From the NCBI RefSeq assembly GCF_009914755.1, contig NC_060930.1: a stretch of 64,000 bases of DNA; one strand, written 5' to 3'. Every line of letters begins with the position of its first letter. Positions within the stretch are counted from its first letter, which is position 1. The notes under the pieces were generated by a model. The model saw only the letters and a program-made list of their open reading frames with translations, had not been told where the DNA came from and did not search any database. The translations under genes were made by a program, and so were the position numbers. Positions 34,348 to 48,960 of the stretch are shown piece after piece. The DNA is from the human T2T-CHM13v2.0 reference genome, Homo sapiens.

Positions 34348-34447
34348 CTTGTCTTACGGGCACTCTTGCCTGTTTCTCTCACGAAGTACTATACTATACT
34401 ATACTATACTTAGTGAGAGGAACAGGGAAGAGTGCCCATAGGACAAG
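34348..34447. repeat. Long inverted repeat: 41-bp arms, 18-nt (TACTA)n loop
   Basis: 34348-34388 matches the reverse complement of 34407-34447 at 36 of 41 positions. Confidence 0.93.
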
Positions 34448-34949
34448 GAAAGAACATCTGAAGGTCTAATAATTTCCCCTAACATTTGTCATTTTACTGC
34501 TGCTGTGGCCATATGCTATTGTTGCCATAAATAGAAAGTTTTCACAAGTCCCTACTTTATTATTTATTCTAGTAATGACCAAGTTAGTGAGGTTAGCATA
34601 TTTCCTCATGGGGAAGTGGGAAGAGGAGGAGGTCTTTCTCTTTAGGGTAACATTTAAGCCTTGTGCCATCATTAGATGATACTTTAAATAATGTCATATT
34701 TTATTTTTCAGCTTTTTATTCACATGTCTATAGCATGCTCAGTAATGTCAGGATAGCCAGAGGGAAAACTATGCTGAACTCAGCCACATTGTGCCACTGC
34801 AGCTAACTTTACGTTAAAATAATTGGCTCAGTTATTGTACCTGGGTCACCCGCAAAGTCATTACTTATTCTCATGGTGAGTTTCTTTATTCATTCCTGTG
34901 CCCTTTCCTGAGAGCACACCTAATCTGAAACTATTTCAATCCGTCAGTC

Positions 34950-36300
34950 ATTATCAGTATCAGTCAATATTGCTGAAAATAAAACTATCACAATGTTTAG
35001 TGATTTAAAACATCCATTTCATTAGCCTATGATTCTGTTGGTCTAAAATTTAAACTGGCCTCAGCAGGACTTCTTCATATGTATGTTTGAAGTCAACAGC
35101 ATATTAGTAGGTTTTCTAACTCTTAAGATGACTGATGGCTCAGATGATGGAGGTGATTGAGCCATGTACCACTTATAATCCAGTAGGTTAGCGTTGGCTT
35201 CAACTCATGTGATTGTGTAGATTTCCAAAAGATGGAGAGGCAATAGTCATATTTTTTGAGGCTTTGGCTTAGAACCAGCTCAGTGTCACTTCCACATAAT
35301 TTTATTGATCAAAGTGAATGAGAAGGCAATTCCAGAATTTTAATGCAAGGAGCTACAAAATCATATTGAAAAGTGGCATGCATGTGGGAAGAGAAATAAG
35401 TACAGCCATTGGTACAACCAATACATGATAGCTCTTAGTTTGCTGCAATTAATCATATCAATGCTACATGCAAAATATACTCACCGACCCTAAGAACTCT
35501 GAAAGTCTTATGTAAGCATGGCATCATGTTCAAAGTCCAAAATCTTGGTATTACTTCATATTGAGATAAACTTCTAAAATGCAGCTCCTCTCTTAATTCA
35601 TAGATCTGTGAATTCAAAATGCAAGCCATCTTCCCACACATTCTCAACATGTAATGATGAGAAAGGGAGATGTTATCACAATACTCCTATTCAAAAGAAG
35701 GGAGAATGGAGGGTACACAGCAATCACGCCTCCAAAAAAATTCTGAAAACCTGCTAGATATACAGTTTGGCCCCCATATCCATGTGTTCCGCATTCATGA
35801 ATTCAACAAACCAAGGATCAAAAATATTTAGAAAAAAATACACAAAATTAAAAAAAAACAAAACTTAAATTTGCCGTTTGCCAAGTACTACATTGAATCC
35901 ATTCAATGAATTAATATGTGTGTGTTGTATTAGGTATTATAAGTAACCTGGAGATGATTTGAAGTATGTGGGGGGATGTAGATCATATGCACATTCTATG
36001 CTATTTTAAATAAGGTACTAGAGATTTCATGGATTTCAGTACCTAGGGGAAGGAGTTGGGTTCTGGAAGCAATCCCCCAAAGGATACAAAAAGATGACTG
36101 CAATAGACCAATTTACTTCATAAGTAGTAAATAATCCTTAATCATGGCCTTGTTATGCTATGCAATTGGAGCCTTGGGCATTTCTTATATACTGCTCTAT
36201 AAAAGAAGCTACCCAGTCCATTGGATAGCTTTCTCAGCCAGCTTTTTTACCTGTAAAAAGTTGGGGACCCAGAGACATTTATGGAATTTGAACCATTTAA
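34950..36300 (-). mobile_element. Old MLT1 LTR (~34950-35425) with adjoining MLT1-int-like sequence, interrupted by MER2B
   Basis: LTR-like 'tagtgatttaaaacatccatttc', 'cagtgtcacttccacataattttattg'. Internal-like 'catgcaaaatatactcacc...ttcaaagtccaaaatct'. Confidence 0.5.
35763..36100 (-). mobile_element. MER2B-like (Tigger family) DNA element
   Basis: 'cagtttggcccccatatccatg' ... 'gtattaggtattataagtaacctggagatgatt' ... 'ctggaagcaatccccc...gatgactg'. Confidence 0.8.
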
Positions 36301-36508
36301 TCTCCTTTACCCTAGAATGGTTCTGCTTTTGCTGGCAAGCCTCCCTCAAGAATACTTTGAGGTATTTCTAGATGAAATATTTGCAAAGCTGTACTCACAG
36401 TTATTTTTGAGACATTTGTCTTTCTACAGCTACTGTTCATATGTCAGAGCAGCAAAGTTGCATTCAAAAGGATTTAGGCTGGGTTTATCACAGCTATTAC
36501 TGAAAATT

Positions 36509-36955
36509 TCGGAGGTTGTCAAAGTTAAAATGGAGTCATTAATGTTAAAATTGTCCTTGCAAATGGAGCCAGAAAGGCTATGAAGAGAATGTTCTTATGC
36601 TTGTATGATTGATAACAAAAACTCTCACAAAAAAACTCTGCAAAAAACACAATCTTGTACAAAGGACATTGCAACCTTACTAAAAAAATACTTCTGCAAG
36701 GACATCTATTGAGCAACTGTCTGTCCAACCACAGACTCTAGTCACCCTTATTATTCATCTTTGTATCCAAAGATAACAATTTTAAAACAATTATGTAATC
36801 CTCCTCATTTTTTATTTAAAAAACCTTTGTCTTCTTTATTCTCTGAATATGCGTATAGTTTGTTATGGCAGGATTATCCCCATTGCAGTATCCTATTTCC
36901 AAATAAGCAGCTTTTAAAAAATATTAGAGAGCCCCTTTTGTTATTTAGGTTAACA
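36509..36955 (+). mobile_element. MER65-like ERV1 solo LTR
   Basis: 'gttgtcaaagttaaaatggagtcattaatgtt', 'aaaatacttctgcaaggacatct', end 'ttatttaggttaaca'. Confidence 0.75.
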
Positions 36956-39089
36956 AAATAATCACCCACCTGGTCCATGTTTACCTCAAAAGGGAAATGT
37001 TTGGTGATCTCTGTCCTTTCTCTCTTAGAATGTTGCTTACCTTTCTGCCCAGGTATACTGCTCTCCTGGGAGACAACTTGCATGATCTGATAATTGGGAA
37101 GTGACTTCATCTATTTTAGTCATCTTAGAAAATAAAAAAAGGGGGAGAAAAATGTTTAACTAGTATATACCTGATAACTTTTCTGGTTACTCCAACATAC
37201 ATTTATGATTACTTAGCATTTTAGGGAAATAATTAGAGCACATCTGTTACATAGTAGGTCATAAGTGGGATGCATACTTGCATTTATTAGATTATTATCT
37301 AATATCTATAATATTTTCAATCTATACCATTGAAGCTATATAAGATAATCACAAAGAGTTCTGTATTTTATACTTCAAGATTAAAAAAGTAATCATATAT
37401 TTGATTACCTAAGAGTTGTGCTTATGTTATTGGTCATAAGTGACCATTATTAAATGATGATATTTTTTCATAAGTATATTTAAATTGTATGTCTAATTTA
37501 AATTACCATGAATAAGTTCAGTCATGATTTTCATATGCTGATATATATGATTAAAGCAAAAACATGATTTATACAATGAAAACTTAGCATACTCAGTAAA
37601 TGTAGAAATAAGGTGTTTATTAGTTATTTTCTGTAGCAAAATAATATTTTGCAATAAATATTTATATTCCTGTGGTTGTATCACTTTATCTGTCCTTATT
37701 CAAACATAAAGGTCTAGTGTAACAGGTGTCAACTTCCACAAAATATATAAAAAGCTTGTAACCTTATAACCTTGGCAATTTATTTCAGTAATTGCAATAA
37801 AATAAAGTTATGTTAAATTTTTATTTAGTTTCTAATTGTGTTCCGTAGCTATTTCTCAAATACAAAATTTCATGTCTATAAATATTTAGACCAATAATTA
37901 TCATTATATTTAAATCATTATTTTGTGTTAAAGGTATTTAATACCAGTGAAAGGATATTTCTGACCATAGATTGTAGTTATTACTTTGAAAAATGTTTAA
38001 ATTTTGTCAATGTTATTCTATTTTTTTAAATAAAAATATTCTCCCATAAGAAATTCAGCCCCATCAACCCTTGCATATCCAGCCTTTAAGTTTGCCTAGG
38101 TGAAGTCCAGATATTATGAAGCAAGATATTTCGAGAGTGGATCTTGAATTATTGCAGTAGGATAACATTTACATGTAATGTATTTAAAAATATTTAGCAC
38201 ATACTAAACAATGTGTCAAAATAACCACTTCTGGTAGTTTCTGTTGCAAAAATATTTCTTTTCTTTGTTAGAAGAAAGTTCCTATGTTATTAACAAGTGA
38301 TGAACTCATGTGATAAAGGAATTTGAAACTAGTAAATTTATCTCCTCTTTTTGCTCTTTCCTCTTCATTTAATTCACAGATATTCAAAGTTAAAAAATTA
38401 ACAAATATTTATTAAAATTGCAGCACTATAGTGTAAAGGATAAGCCACTCTATAGTGGCCTTAGGGATCTTGGTTCCCATCCTCACTCTCCCATTGATGT
38501 AAGGCAAATCATTTAAACTTGCTCATGAATGCTTCTTATCATTTGTAAAATGATTACTTGGAATCGTGCATTTATAAAGCCTCTTTAATAGTAGTCTAAT
38601 ATATTGTTATTGTAAATCTAGATCTTTTATATGTTTCTGAAGCATTCATTTTCTTTATCCTTAGACATTCCTTTTATATAAATAAATATTGTTTATGTTT
38701 ATTCTTTATTATTTAATTGTATTAATAGATTTTTTAATGAATTAACAATACTAAGGAAAGCAAACCTCCCAGAGGTGGGTCCCACTGTCTTTACTTGCTC
38801 TCTTAAAATAATTGTGATAATATAAATAATTATTAAATTCTTTTTGAACATTTGCAATATGCCATAGACTGTCCAAATAGTTTACACATACTAATTCACT
38901 AAATACAAAAATCTATGAAGTAATTATTATTATTATATTTCTTCTATAGTTTAAAAAAACTCAACTAATAAAGTTAGGCAATTTGCTCAAAATTAGAGAA
39001 CTCTAGGAGATTGTAGCAATTTTTATAAGTGATATTTCTTCAAAGGGCAACTTGGGTGACTCATAATAATAGACGGTGATAAATGGTAT

Positions 39090-39775
39090 AATGTATATCT
39101 TCAGAGGAGGTTAGGTTTAAGACAGCGATGCAATTGCCACTGCATTTCCTGTAACACTGGCACTTGGAGCCCTGAGTAGGCCTGTGAGTAGTTAATACCA
39201 TGCTGTGAGTAACAGCTTAGAAGAGGCCAAATGTAGGCATTTAGATTTGCATTAGCTCTAGTCTAATAGTTCTATCATCCCAGATGCCAGACAGATGAGT
39301 GAATGAGTCTTCATATGTTTCTGGCCCCACCAACTCTCGTATGCCCAGCCTTCGAGTTTGCCCACCTAAAATTCAGATTTCACAGAGCAGAGACAAGTCT
39401 CCTCAACTATGTCCTGTCCAAATTACTGACCCACTGCACCCATGAGCATAATAAAATACAGCCATCCCTCAGTGAATGTAGGGGATTGGTTCCAGGACCT
39501 CTGCTGTATACCATAATCCAGGCATACTCAAATCCCTCAGTTGACTCTGTGCAACCCAATATGCAAAATATAAAAAGTTGATCTTCTGCATAATCAGCTT
39601 TCACATCCCTCACATCACAAAAATAATACAGTATTTTTGATCCACAGCAAGGTTAAAAATATCTGCATATAAGTTGACCAAGACAGCTCAAACTGGTGTT
39701 GTTCATGGGTCAGTTGTAATTGTCTTAAACAGATAAATTTTAAAGTATATGTTACACAGCAGTAGAAACTGGAAC
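39090..39775 (+). mobile_element. MLT1-like LTR, split by MER8 and flanked by MIR-like sequence
   Basis: 'cacttggagccctgag', 'gccagacagatgagtgaatgagtcttca', end 'tgttacacagcagtagaaactggaaca'. Confidence 0.6.
39459..39716 (+). mobile_element. MER8 (Tigger family MITE)
   Basis: TA|cagccatccctc ... atgggtcagttg|TA, with TA TSD. Contains 'ggggattggttccaggacc'. Confidence 0.85.
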
Positions 39776-41407
39776 AGGAAGAGTCAGAATTTCCACACAG
39801 GTAGTCTGGCTCCAGAAGTTATGCTCTTAACAGCTACTGTGTGGAATATAATACCAGAAAAAGTCTGCAAAGTTAAAGAATATTTTATAAGTTTATTCAG
39901 AGTTTTGGATATCAGATGTGTATCAGATGTGCCATTATGCTTAAGCATCATCTACTGGATCACAGCCCGAAGCTTCAACACCAAAAATACATTGCTAATA
40001 TAACCTCAACCCACCCTGTGAAACCAAGGACAATAATTCAGCTACAAGTAAAGACACTGCACAAAGCCTCACACCCTGAAAACACTGAGAAAAGAAGTAT
40101 AATAACTATGCTCAATTTACATTGCATTTAAAGGAACACCAGCACATAAAGATGAGAAAGTACCAGCATAAGAATTCTGGCAACACAAAAAGCCAGAATA
40201 TCTTTTTCCTCCAAATGACTGAAGTAGTTTCCCAGCGATGATTCTTAACCTGGCTGAAATGGGTGAAATGACAGAAACAGAATTCAGAATATAGAGAGGA
40301 ACAAAGATCTTTGAGATTCAGGAGAAAGTTGAAACCCAATTCAAGAAATCTAAGGTTTACAATAAAATGAAAAAGAAGGTAACAGATAAATAGTCATTAT
40401 TAAAAAGCTGTATAAATGATTTTACACAGCTCAAAAACACATTACAAGAATTTAATGATGCAATCATGAATATTAACAGCAGAACAGATCAAGCTGTGAA
40501 AAGCATATCAGAGCTTGAAGACTGGATGTCTGATATAAGACAGTCAGATAAAAATAAAGAATAAAGAACAAATAAAATCTATAAGAAATATGGAATTATA
40601 TTAAGAGACCAAAGCTAGGACTCACAGGCATCCCTGAAAAAGATAGGGAGAAAGAAGTAACATGAAAAACATATCTCAGAGTATTATTCATGAAAACTTT
40701 CCCAACCTTGCTAGAGAGGCTAACATTTATTTTTGAGAAATGCAGAGTACCCGTGAGACACAACACAAGAAGACCATCCCAAAGACAAATATTCATCAGA
40801 TTTTCCAAGGTAAAAATGAAAGAAAAAATGTCAAAGGCAGCTAAAGAGGAGGGATAAGTCACTGAACCAAAGAGAACCCCACCAGGCTGATAGTGGACCT
40901 TTCCACAGAAAGCCTACAATCAGAAGATATTGGGGGCCTATATTCAGCATTTTTAAAGACAAGAATTTCCAACCAAGAATTTTATATACTGCCAAACTAA
41001 GCTTCATACAATAAGAAATAGTAAGATCCTTTTCAGACACACAAATCTGAGAGAATTTGTTACTACTAGATTTGCCTTACAAGAGGCCCTGAAGGAAGTG
41101 CTACATAAGGAAAGATCTTTACCATGCACTACAACAACACACTTAAGTACACAGACCAGTAACATTAAAAAGCAACCACACAAACAAGTCTGCATAACAA
41201 CCAGCTAATAAGACAATGGCAGAATTAAATCCATACATATCAATACTAACCTTGAATGTAAATAGGTTAAAAACCCCAATTAAATAAGACAGAGTAGCAA
41301 GTTGGATAAGAAGCAAGGTCCAGTAGTATGCTGCCTTCATGAGATCCATCTCACATGCCATGACACACATAGATTCAAAATAAAAGGATGGAGAAACATC
41401 TACCAAG

Positions 41408-41790
41408 TATATTAGTCTGTTTTCATACTGCTATATGCTAGAAAGAAATACCTGAGACTGGGCAGTTTATGGAGAAAAGAGATTGAATTAACTCACAGTT
41501 TGGCAGGCTGTATAAGAGGCATGGCTGGTGAGACCTTAGGAAACATACAATCATGACAAAAGGTGAAGTGGAACCAGGTACAATATTCACATGGTAGAGC
41601 AGAAGAAAGACAGTGAAGGGGGGGGTTTACACACTTTCAAATAATCAGATCTTGTGAGAACTCTATCATGAAAACAGCAAAGGGGGAAGTCCACCCCCAT
41701 GATTCAGTCACCTTCCACCAGGCCTCTCCTTTAACACTTGAAACAATTCAACATGAGATGTGGTTGGGGACACAGAGCCAAAGCATATCA
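41408..41790 (-). mobile_element. MSTA-like solo LTR inserted in L1 ORF2
   Basis: 'tatattagtctgttttc...cagagccaaagcatatca'. L1 sequence resumes on both sides. TSD is degenerate. Confidence 0.88.
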
Positions 41791-42410
41791 CCCAACAAAT
41801 GAAAAAGAGAAAAAAGCTATGGTTGCTATCCTAATTTCAGACAACATAGACTTTAAACCAGCAGGTATAAAAAAGACAAAGAAGGGCATTACATAATAGT
41901 AAGGGGTTCAATTCAACAAAAGATCTAGCTATTATAAATATACATGCACCAAACACAGGAGCACCAAGATTTATAAAGAAACTTCTGAAAGACCTATGAA
42001 GAGAGTTAGATTCCCAAACAACAATAGTGGGAGATTTCAACACCCTACTGACAGTATTACACAGATCATCAGGCAAAAAAATTTTAAAAAATAAAAAAAA
42101 AAATTCATGAGCTGAACTCAATACTTGACCACATGGACAAAATGAAAATCTACAGATACCCTAAAACAACAGAATATATATTATCCTCTCTACCACATGA
42201 CACGTACTCTAAAATTGACCACACAATTGGCCACACAACAATCCTCAGCAAATTAAAAAAACAAAAAAAAAACAAACAAATTATATCAGCCACATTCTCA
42301 GACCATGGTGCAATAAAAGTGAAATCAATACTAAGAAAATTGCTCAAAACCATATCATTGTTTCAAAATTAAACAACCTTCTCTTGAATGACTTTTGGGT
42401 AAATAAGAAC

Positions 42411-42763
42411 TGTATTAGTCTGTTTTCACACTGCTGATAAAACATACCCGAGAATGAGCAATTTACAAAAGAAAGAGGTTTAATTGACTTACAGTTCCAC
42501 GTGGTTGGGGAGGCCTCACAATCATGGTGGAAGGCAAGGAGAGTAAGTTATGTCTTATGTGGATGGCAGCAAGCAAAGAGAGAGATTTTGTGCAGGGAAC
42601 CTTCCATTTATAGAACCATCAGGTCTCTTGAGACTTATTCACCATTATGAGAACAGCATGGGAAAACCTGCCCCCATGATTCAATTACCTCCCACCGAGT
42701 CCCTCCCATAAAAGCTGAGAATTCAAGATAAGATTTGGGTGGGGGCACAGCCAAACCATTTCA
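42411..42763 (-). mobile_element. THE1B-like solo LTR inserted in L1 ORF2
   Basis: 'tgtattagtctgttttcacactgctgataaa...gccaaaccatttca'. Perfect TSD AGAAC at 42406-42410 and 42764-42768. Confidence 0.92.
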
Positions 42764-44199
42764 AGAACATTAAAGCAGAAATGTTGCATGTAGTGAAATC
42801 AAATATACAACATGCCAGAATCTCTTGGGACACAGCTAAGGTAATGTTAACTGGGAACTTTATAGCACTAAATGCCCAAATCAAAAAGTTAGGAAGATCT
42901 CAAATCAATACCTTAATATCACAAATAGAGATACTAAAGAAACAAGAGCAAATTACCCCCCAAAAGTAGCAGAAGACAAGAAATAACCAAAGTCAGAAGT
43001 GAACTGAAGGAAACTGTGACATAAAACTATACAAAAGATCAAATAATCCACAAACTGGTTCTTTAAAAAAAGTTAATAAGATAGAACACTAGCTAGAGTA
43101 ATAAAGAAAAAAAAAACCCAGAAGATCCATATAGACACAATTAGAAATGACAAAGTGGAATTACCAATAACACCATAGAATTTTTTTAAAAATCCCTATA
43201 GGCTATTATAAACTACTCTATGCACATAAACTACAAAATCCAGAAGTAACAGAAATATTCCTGGATACCTACACTCTCCCCAGAATGAACTAGGAAGAAA
43301 TTGAATCCCTGGATAAAACAATAAAAAGTTCCAGAGTGAATCAGTAATAAATAAAAAAAAAAACCCTACCAACCAAAAAAAGCCCAGGACTAGACAGATT
43401 CACAGCCACAATATACCAGATGTATGAAGAAGAGCTGGTACCATCCTACTGAAACTACTGCAAAAAACCAATGACATTTTTCACAGAATTCCAAAAACCG
43501 ATTTTACAATTCAAATAGTACCAAAAATAAATCCGAATAGCCAAGGCAATCCTAAGCAAAAAGAACAAAGCTGGAGGCATCATCTTACCCAACCTCAAAC
43601 TATACTACAAGCCTACAGTGACTGAAACAGCATGATACTTCCACAAAAACAGACACATAGACCAATGGAACAGAACAGAGATATCAGAAATAGTGCCACA
43701 TATGTAAAACCATTTCATCTTCAACAAAGTTGACCAAAACAAGCAATGGGGAAAAGACTCGCTATTCAATAAATGGTGCTCTGATAATTGGCTAGCCATA
43801 TGCAGAAGATTGAAATTGGACCCCTTTTTATGTCATATAAAAATCAACTGATGATAAAGACTTAAATTGAAAACTTAAAACTATAAAAATTCTATAATAT
43901 AATCTAATAAGTACCATTCTGGACATATACTCTGGCAAAGATGTTATGATAAAGATGTGAAAAGCAATTGTAACAAATTAAACTAAAAATCTGTACAGTA
44001 AAAGAAACAAATTTTACTTAACAGAGTAAACAGACAACTTACAGATGATGGGAAAAAATATTTGCGAGCTATGCATCCAACAAAGGTCAAATATGACCAG
44101 AAACTAAATGGAAATTAAACAAATTTACAAGCAAAAAAACAAACAAGCCCATCTGAAAGTGGGCAAAGGACATGAATAGCCACTTTTCAAAAGAAGGAC

Positions 44200-45291
<1,092 letters not shown>

Positions 45292-45304
45292 TAAAAAATG
45301 TTTG

Positions 45305-45614
45305 CTTATGGGTTACATATAAATTTGGAGTCAGGAATGACACCAAACAACCACAGATTGTCCACTAGGTGAATGATATAGTAACACCTTTTGCTTTTTG
45401 GTGGTTCACTGTACACACACATTGTTTCATGCACAAAATTATTTAAAATATTGTATAAAATTATATTTTTGCTATGTGTAAAAATGTATATGTAAAACAT
45501 AAATAAATTTTATGTTCAGACTGGGTACCATCTCCAAGTTATTTCAAAATAACAAAAAATCTGAAATCTAAGAAACTTCTAGTCTCTAATTTTGGATAAA
45601 GGATACTCAGCCTG
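45305..45614. mobile_element. Tigger4 (Zombi)-like fragment
   Basis: 'gtttcatgcacaaaattatttaaaatattgtataaaatt' and terminus 'ggatactcagcctg|TA'. Confidence 0.75.
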
Positions 45615-46949
45615 TATATTTAAATGTGTTAGAAATTACCAATAAATTCTCAAATTTGAGTATATTTTTATTCCTATTAACGAGGTTTTATGGTTCTAGT
45701 TGTTCTACATCCTTGCCAACCCTTATTGTTATCAGTATTTTTAGTTTTAACTATTTTGGTGTATGTGTATTATATCTGATTTTTATTTTAATTTGCATTT
45801 CCCAAATAACTAATGACATTGATGATCTCTTGACATGGTCAGAAGACAACTGGATAGCTTATTTTTTATTTTGCTGATTTCAGTCATTTCTCCCTTTTTT
45901 ATCAAGCTATTTATATGTAAAAGATTTTTATGTGTTTTATATATAGTAACATTTTCTGATACATGTGTTGCAAATAGTTTCGCCTTGTTTGTGGTTTGAC
46001 TTTGTACTTTGCATTTTTTGGTGTGTAGTGGTAAAAATATGATTCTTTGTATTTGTGTCTAAAGTAAAATCTAAAACTATTGCTTAATTACTCTAATTGC
46101 TGATATTAGTCAGATCACAGCTTTCCTATGCTTTATGGTTGACTATAATCATCCTTCAGATTTGATACTTATTTTCATTTTGGCCTACTGTTTCTTAGCT
46201 TCTGACACCTTTAATTTTTATAAAAGTTTAGCTAAAGTGGACAAAAGAATGTGACATTCAGTAGATTAGAGTAACTATGGGAACCAAAAGTTTTTCTTTC
46301 ATTATAGGCTGTGGGAATTGTAACGTTAGCACATTTTCTGCTATATGTTATTTTATGTTAACCATTCTCTTGGAATTTTTTATATTTTAATAAAATAATA
46401 AGCATTGCTTTCCAATATAAAATGTCTACTATAGAGCTTCCTTTTCTTCAGTAAATTGTTCTCAAACGTAACTCTCAAATTGATAACTTAAATTAAGTGG
46501 CCTTTAAAACTTAAAACTATAGTTCCTGAAATTTCAGAAGGGTAGGTCTTAAGAATCCTACCAATGAATATCAATAACTCTAGCTCTAAAGATAACAGAG
46601 CACTCACAGAATTTATAATACTAATATATGTGATTTTCTACTACATTAAAACATAGATTTAAAAATATCTGCTTAACGGAGACTTTCTTATTTAAAATCA
46701 TACATCTATCCATATCCTGAGCTAAGAAAAAAGAAACCATGGAATTTCTCTCCTAAGGAGAACTAATAATAATATTTATCCAGATTAAGTTAAAAACACA
46801 GAGGACTTCTGTTGTCAGTCAAGGTAAAGTATAATCACTACAACCTAACTTCCTGCTATTATTACTACAGCTGTGGATAAAATATAAAAAGCAATTATGA
46901 GAAAATTGAAAAGCAAACTGAATCTAGCACATTGAGAGGGAAGACAAAA

Positions 46950-48030
46950 TTTAGCAAACCTTTTTTGGGTGACACATGAGCAGTACAGATTCAAAGCAAG
47001 CAGAAGGAATGAAATTTTAAAGACAAATTTGGAAATTATAAAATAGATAATAAAAAATAAAGGAATCAATCAAATCAAAAGTTGATTCTTTGAAAGATCA
47101 ACAAAATTGACATAACTTTGTCTAAACTGATCAAGTAAGATAAGAGAGATGACAACTTAGAAAAATTAGAAATGAAAGAATCAGAATCACTTCTGACATT
47201 ACAGGGAAAGAAGTAAAATCAAAAGGGTATACCATGAACAATTGTATGCTAACAAATTAGATAATCCAGAGGAAATCTACAGATTTCCAGAAAGACATGT
47301 GCTAATAAGACTGAAGATTCAAGATCACATAATAAAGCTTAGACACATAGTAAACAAAAAGAATGAAATCATAACAAAAAAATCCCTAAATAAAGAGCCC
47401 AGTAGCTTCACTGGTGAATTTTACCAAATATTTAAAGAAAAATTTAACAATAGTCCTTCACAAACTCTTGTGAAAAAATGGAAGACGAGGGAACATTTTT
47501 ATCTCATTTTTTGAAGTCAAACTTATCTTTATACCAAAACTAGACAAAGACTTTACAAGAAACAAAACAAAACAAAACAACTGGAGACCACTGTATCTTT
47601 TGATTTAGATTTTTCTAAATCTAAACATTTTCAAACATTTTCAAAATACTACTACTTTGCAAAAGGTGATACTGTATCATTTGTATTAAAAAAATGAAAC
47701 TTGACTCAGTTTACATTAAGTACAAGAATCAATTCTAGATAATTGAAGATCTAAATGTGCAGCAAAATAACGGTAACACAAGGAAATACCTTAACAAACT
47801 TGTGACAAGGAAATAAATCTTCCAACAGGACCAAAAATCACTGGCATAAAGAAAATAGTTAAAAGTAGGAATTTCTGTTTATTAAAGACACTATTGAGAA
47901 GGTGAAACATGAAGACACACAGACAGAAGGTAGTTGACAAAAAATAAAGCCAGAAGATTAGATTGTTGATAAAAACTAGAAAAGGTATTGAATACAGAAT
48001 ATAAAAGGAATTCTTAGAGATTCATATAAA
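46950..48030 (+). mobile_element. Old L1M ORF2 remnants
   Basis: ORF 47242-47514 (YANKLDNPEE...SFTGEFYQIFKE) is L1 ORF2-like. Confidence 0.8.
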
Positions 48031-48389
48031 ACAACACATTTAATTGTGCTTCTCACAATCAACACATACTATAAGCACAGGCACACACACACACACAACT
48101 TAAAACTTAAAATGATTTCCAATATTATTTGTGATCAGAATCAAAATATATTTGCTGTACTTTGGAATTATTTATAATCTGGCCCCTGACTGTCATTCCA
48201 ACCTTATTTTATGCTGCTTCTCCCAAAAAATCCAGGGTATTTCCTTCCAAGAAGTTTGCACAGAGTGATAGTTTTTCACAAAATTTTTTTTTCTAGCGTT
48301 TATACTCCCCAAACTTCAGGACTTGCCTTAAGTATAACCTCTTTATAAGCTGTTTAAAAATAAGAAGAGGAGAAGAGAAGAAAAAAGTC

Positions 48390-48960
48390 AGAAATTTGAA
48401 GCACAAGGATTATGCTTATTGTTTCTGGCTTGAAGACACAGAATGCGACATGCAAAGTATGACAAGGAAATGAAATTTCGACAACCTGAATGAGCCTGGA
48501 AGAATATTCTTCTTCAGAGCTTTCAGATAATGGATAAGCCCAATGGATCTACTGATTTTGGACCTGGGTAATCAAGGCAGAGCAGCCATCTCAGTGTGAG
48601 CAGCCTGGACTTCTGACCCATAGAAAGGGTTATGTAACAAGTAATCATTGTTTTAAATACTAATTAGTAGTAATTTGTTATGGCAATAGGAGAATATACA
48701 GATTTGGTACCAGGAGTGAGGTTCTGCTGTGACATACACCTAAAATATGTGTAAGTGGCTTTGGAATTGAACAGTGGGAAGAAACTGGAATACTTTTGAG
48801 GAGCCCATGATAGAAAATGCCTAGATTATTTTTAAGAGACTGTTATCAGAAATATGGACATTAAAAACGCTTCAGGGAAGGACTTTGAGAAAAAGTGAAG
48901 AGCATGGTAGAGAAAACTAAATTGCCATAGAGAATACTTAAATCACCACAAACAGAACAA
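48390..48960 (+). mobile_element. MLT1D/E-like LTR followed by the start of its internal region
   Basis: LTR end 'gtaatttgttatggcaataggagaatataca', then 'gatttggtaccaggagtg...gtggctttggaattg'. Confidence 0.7.
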
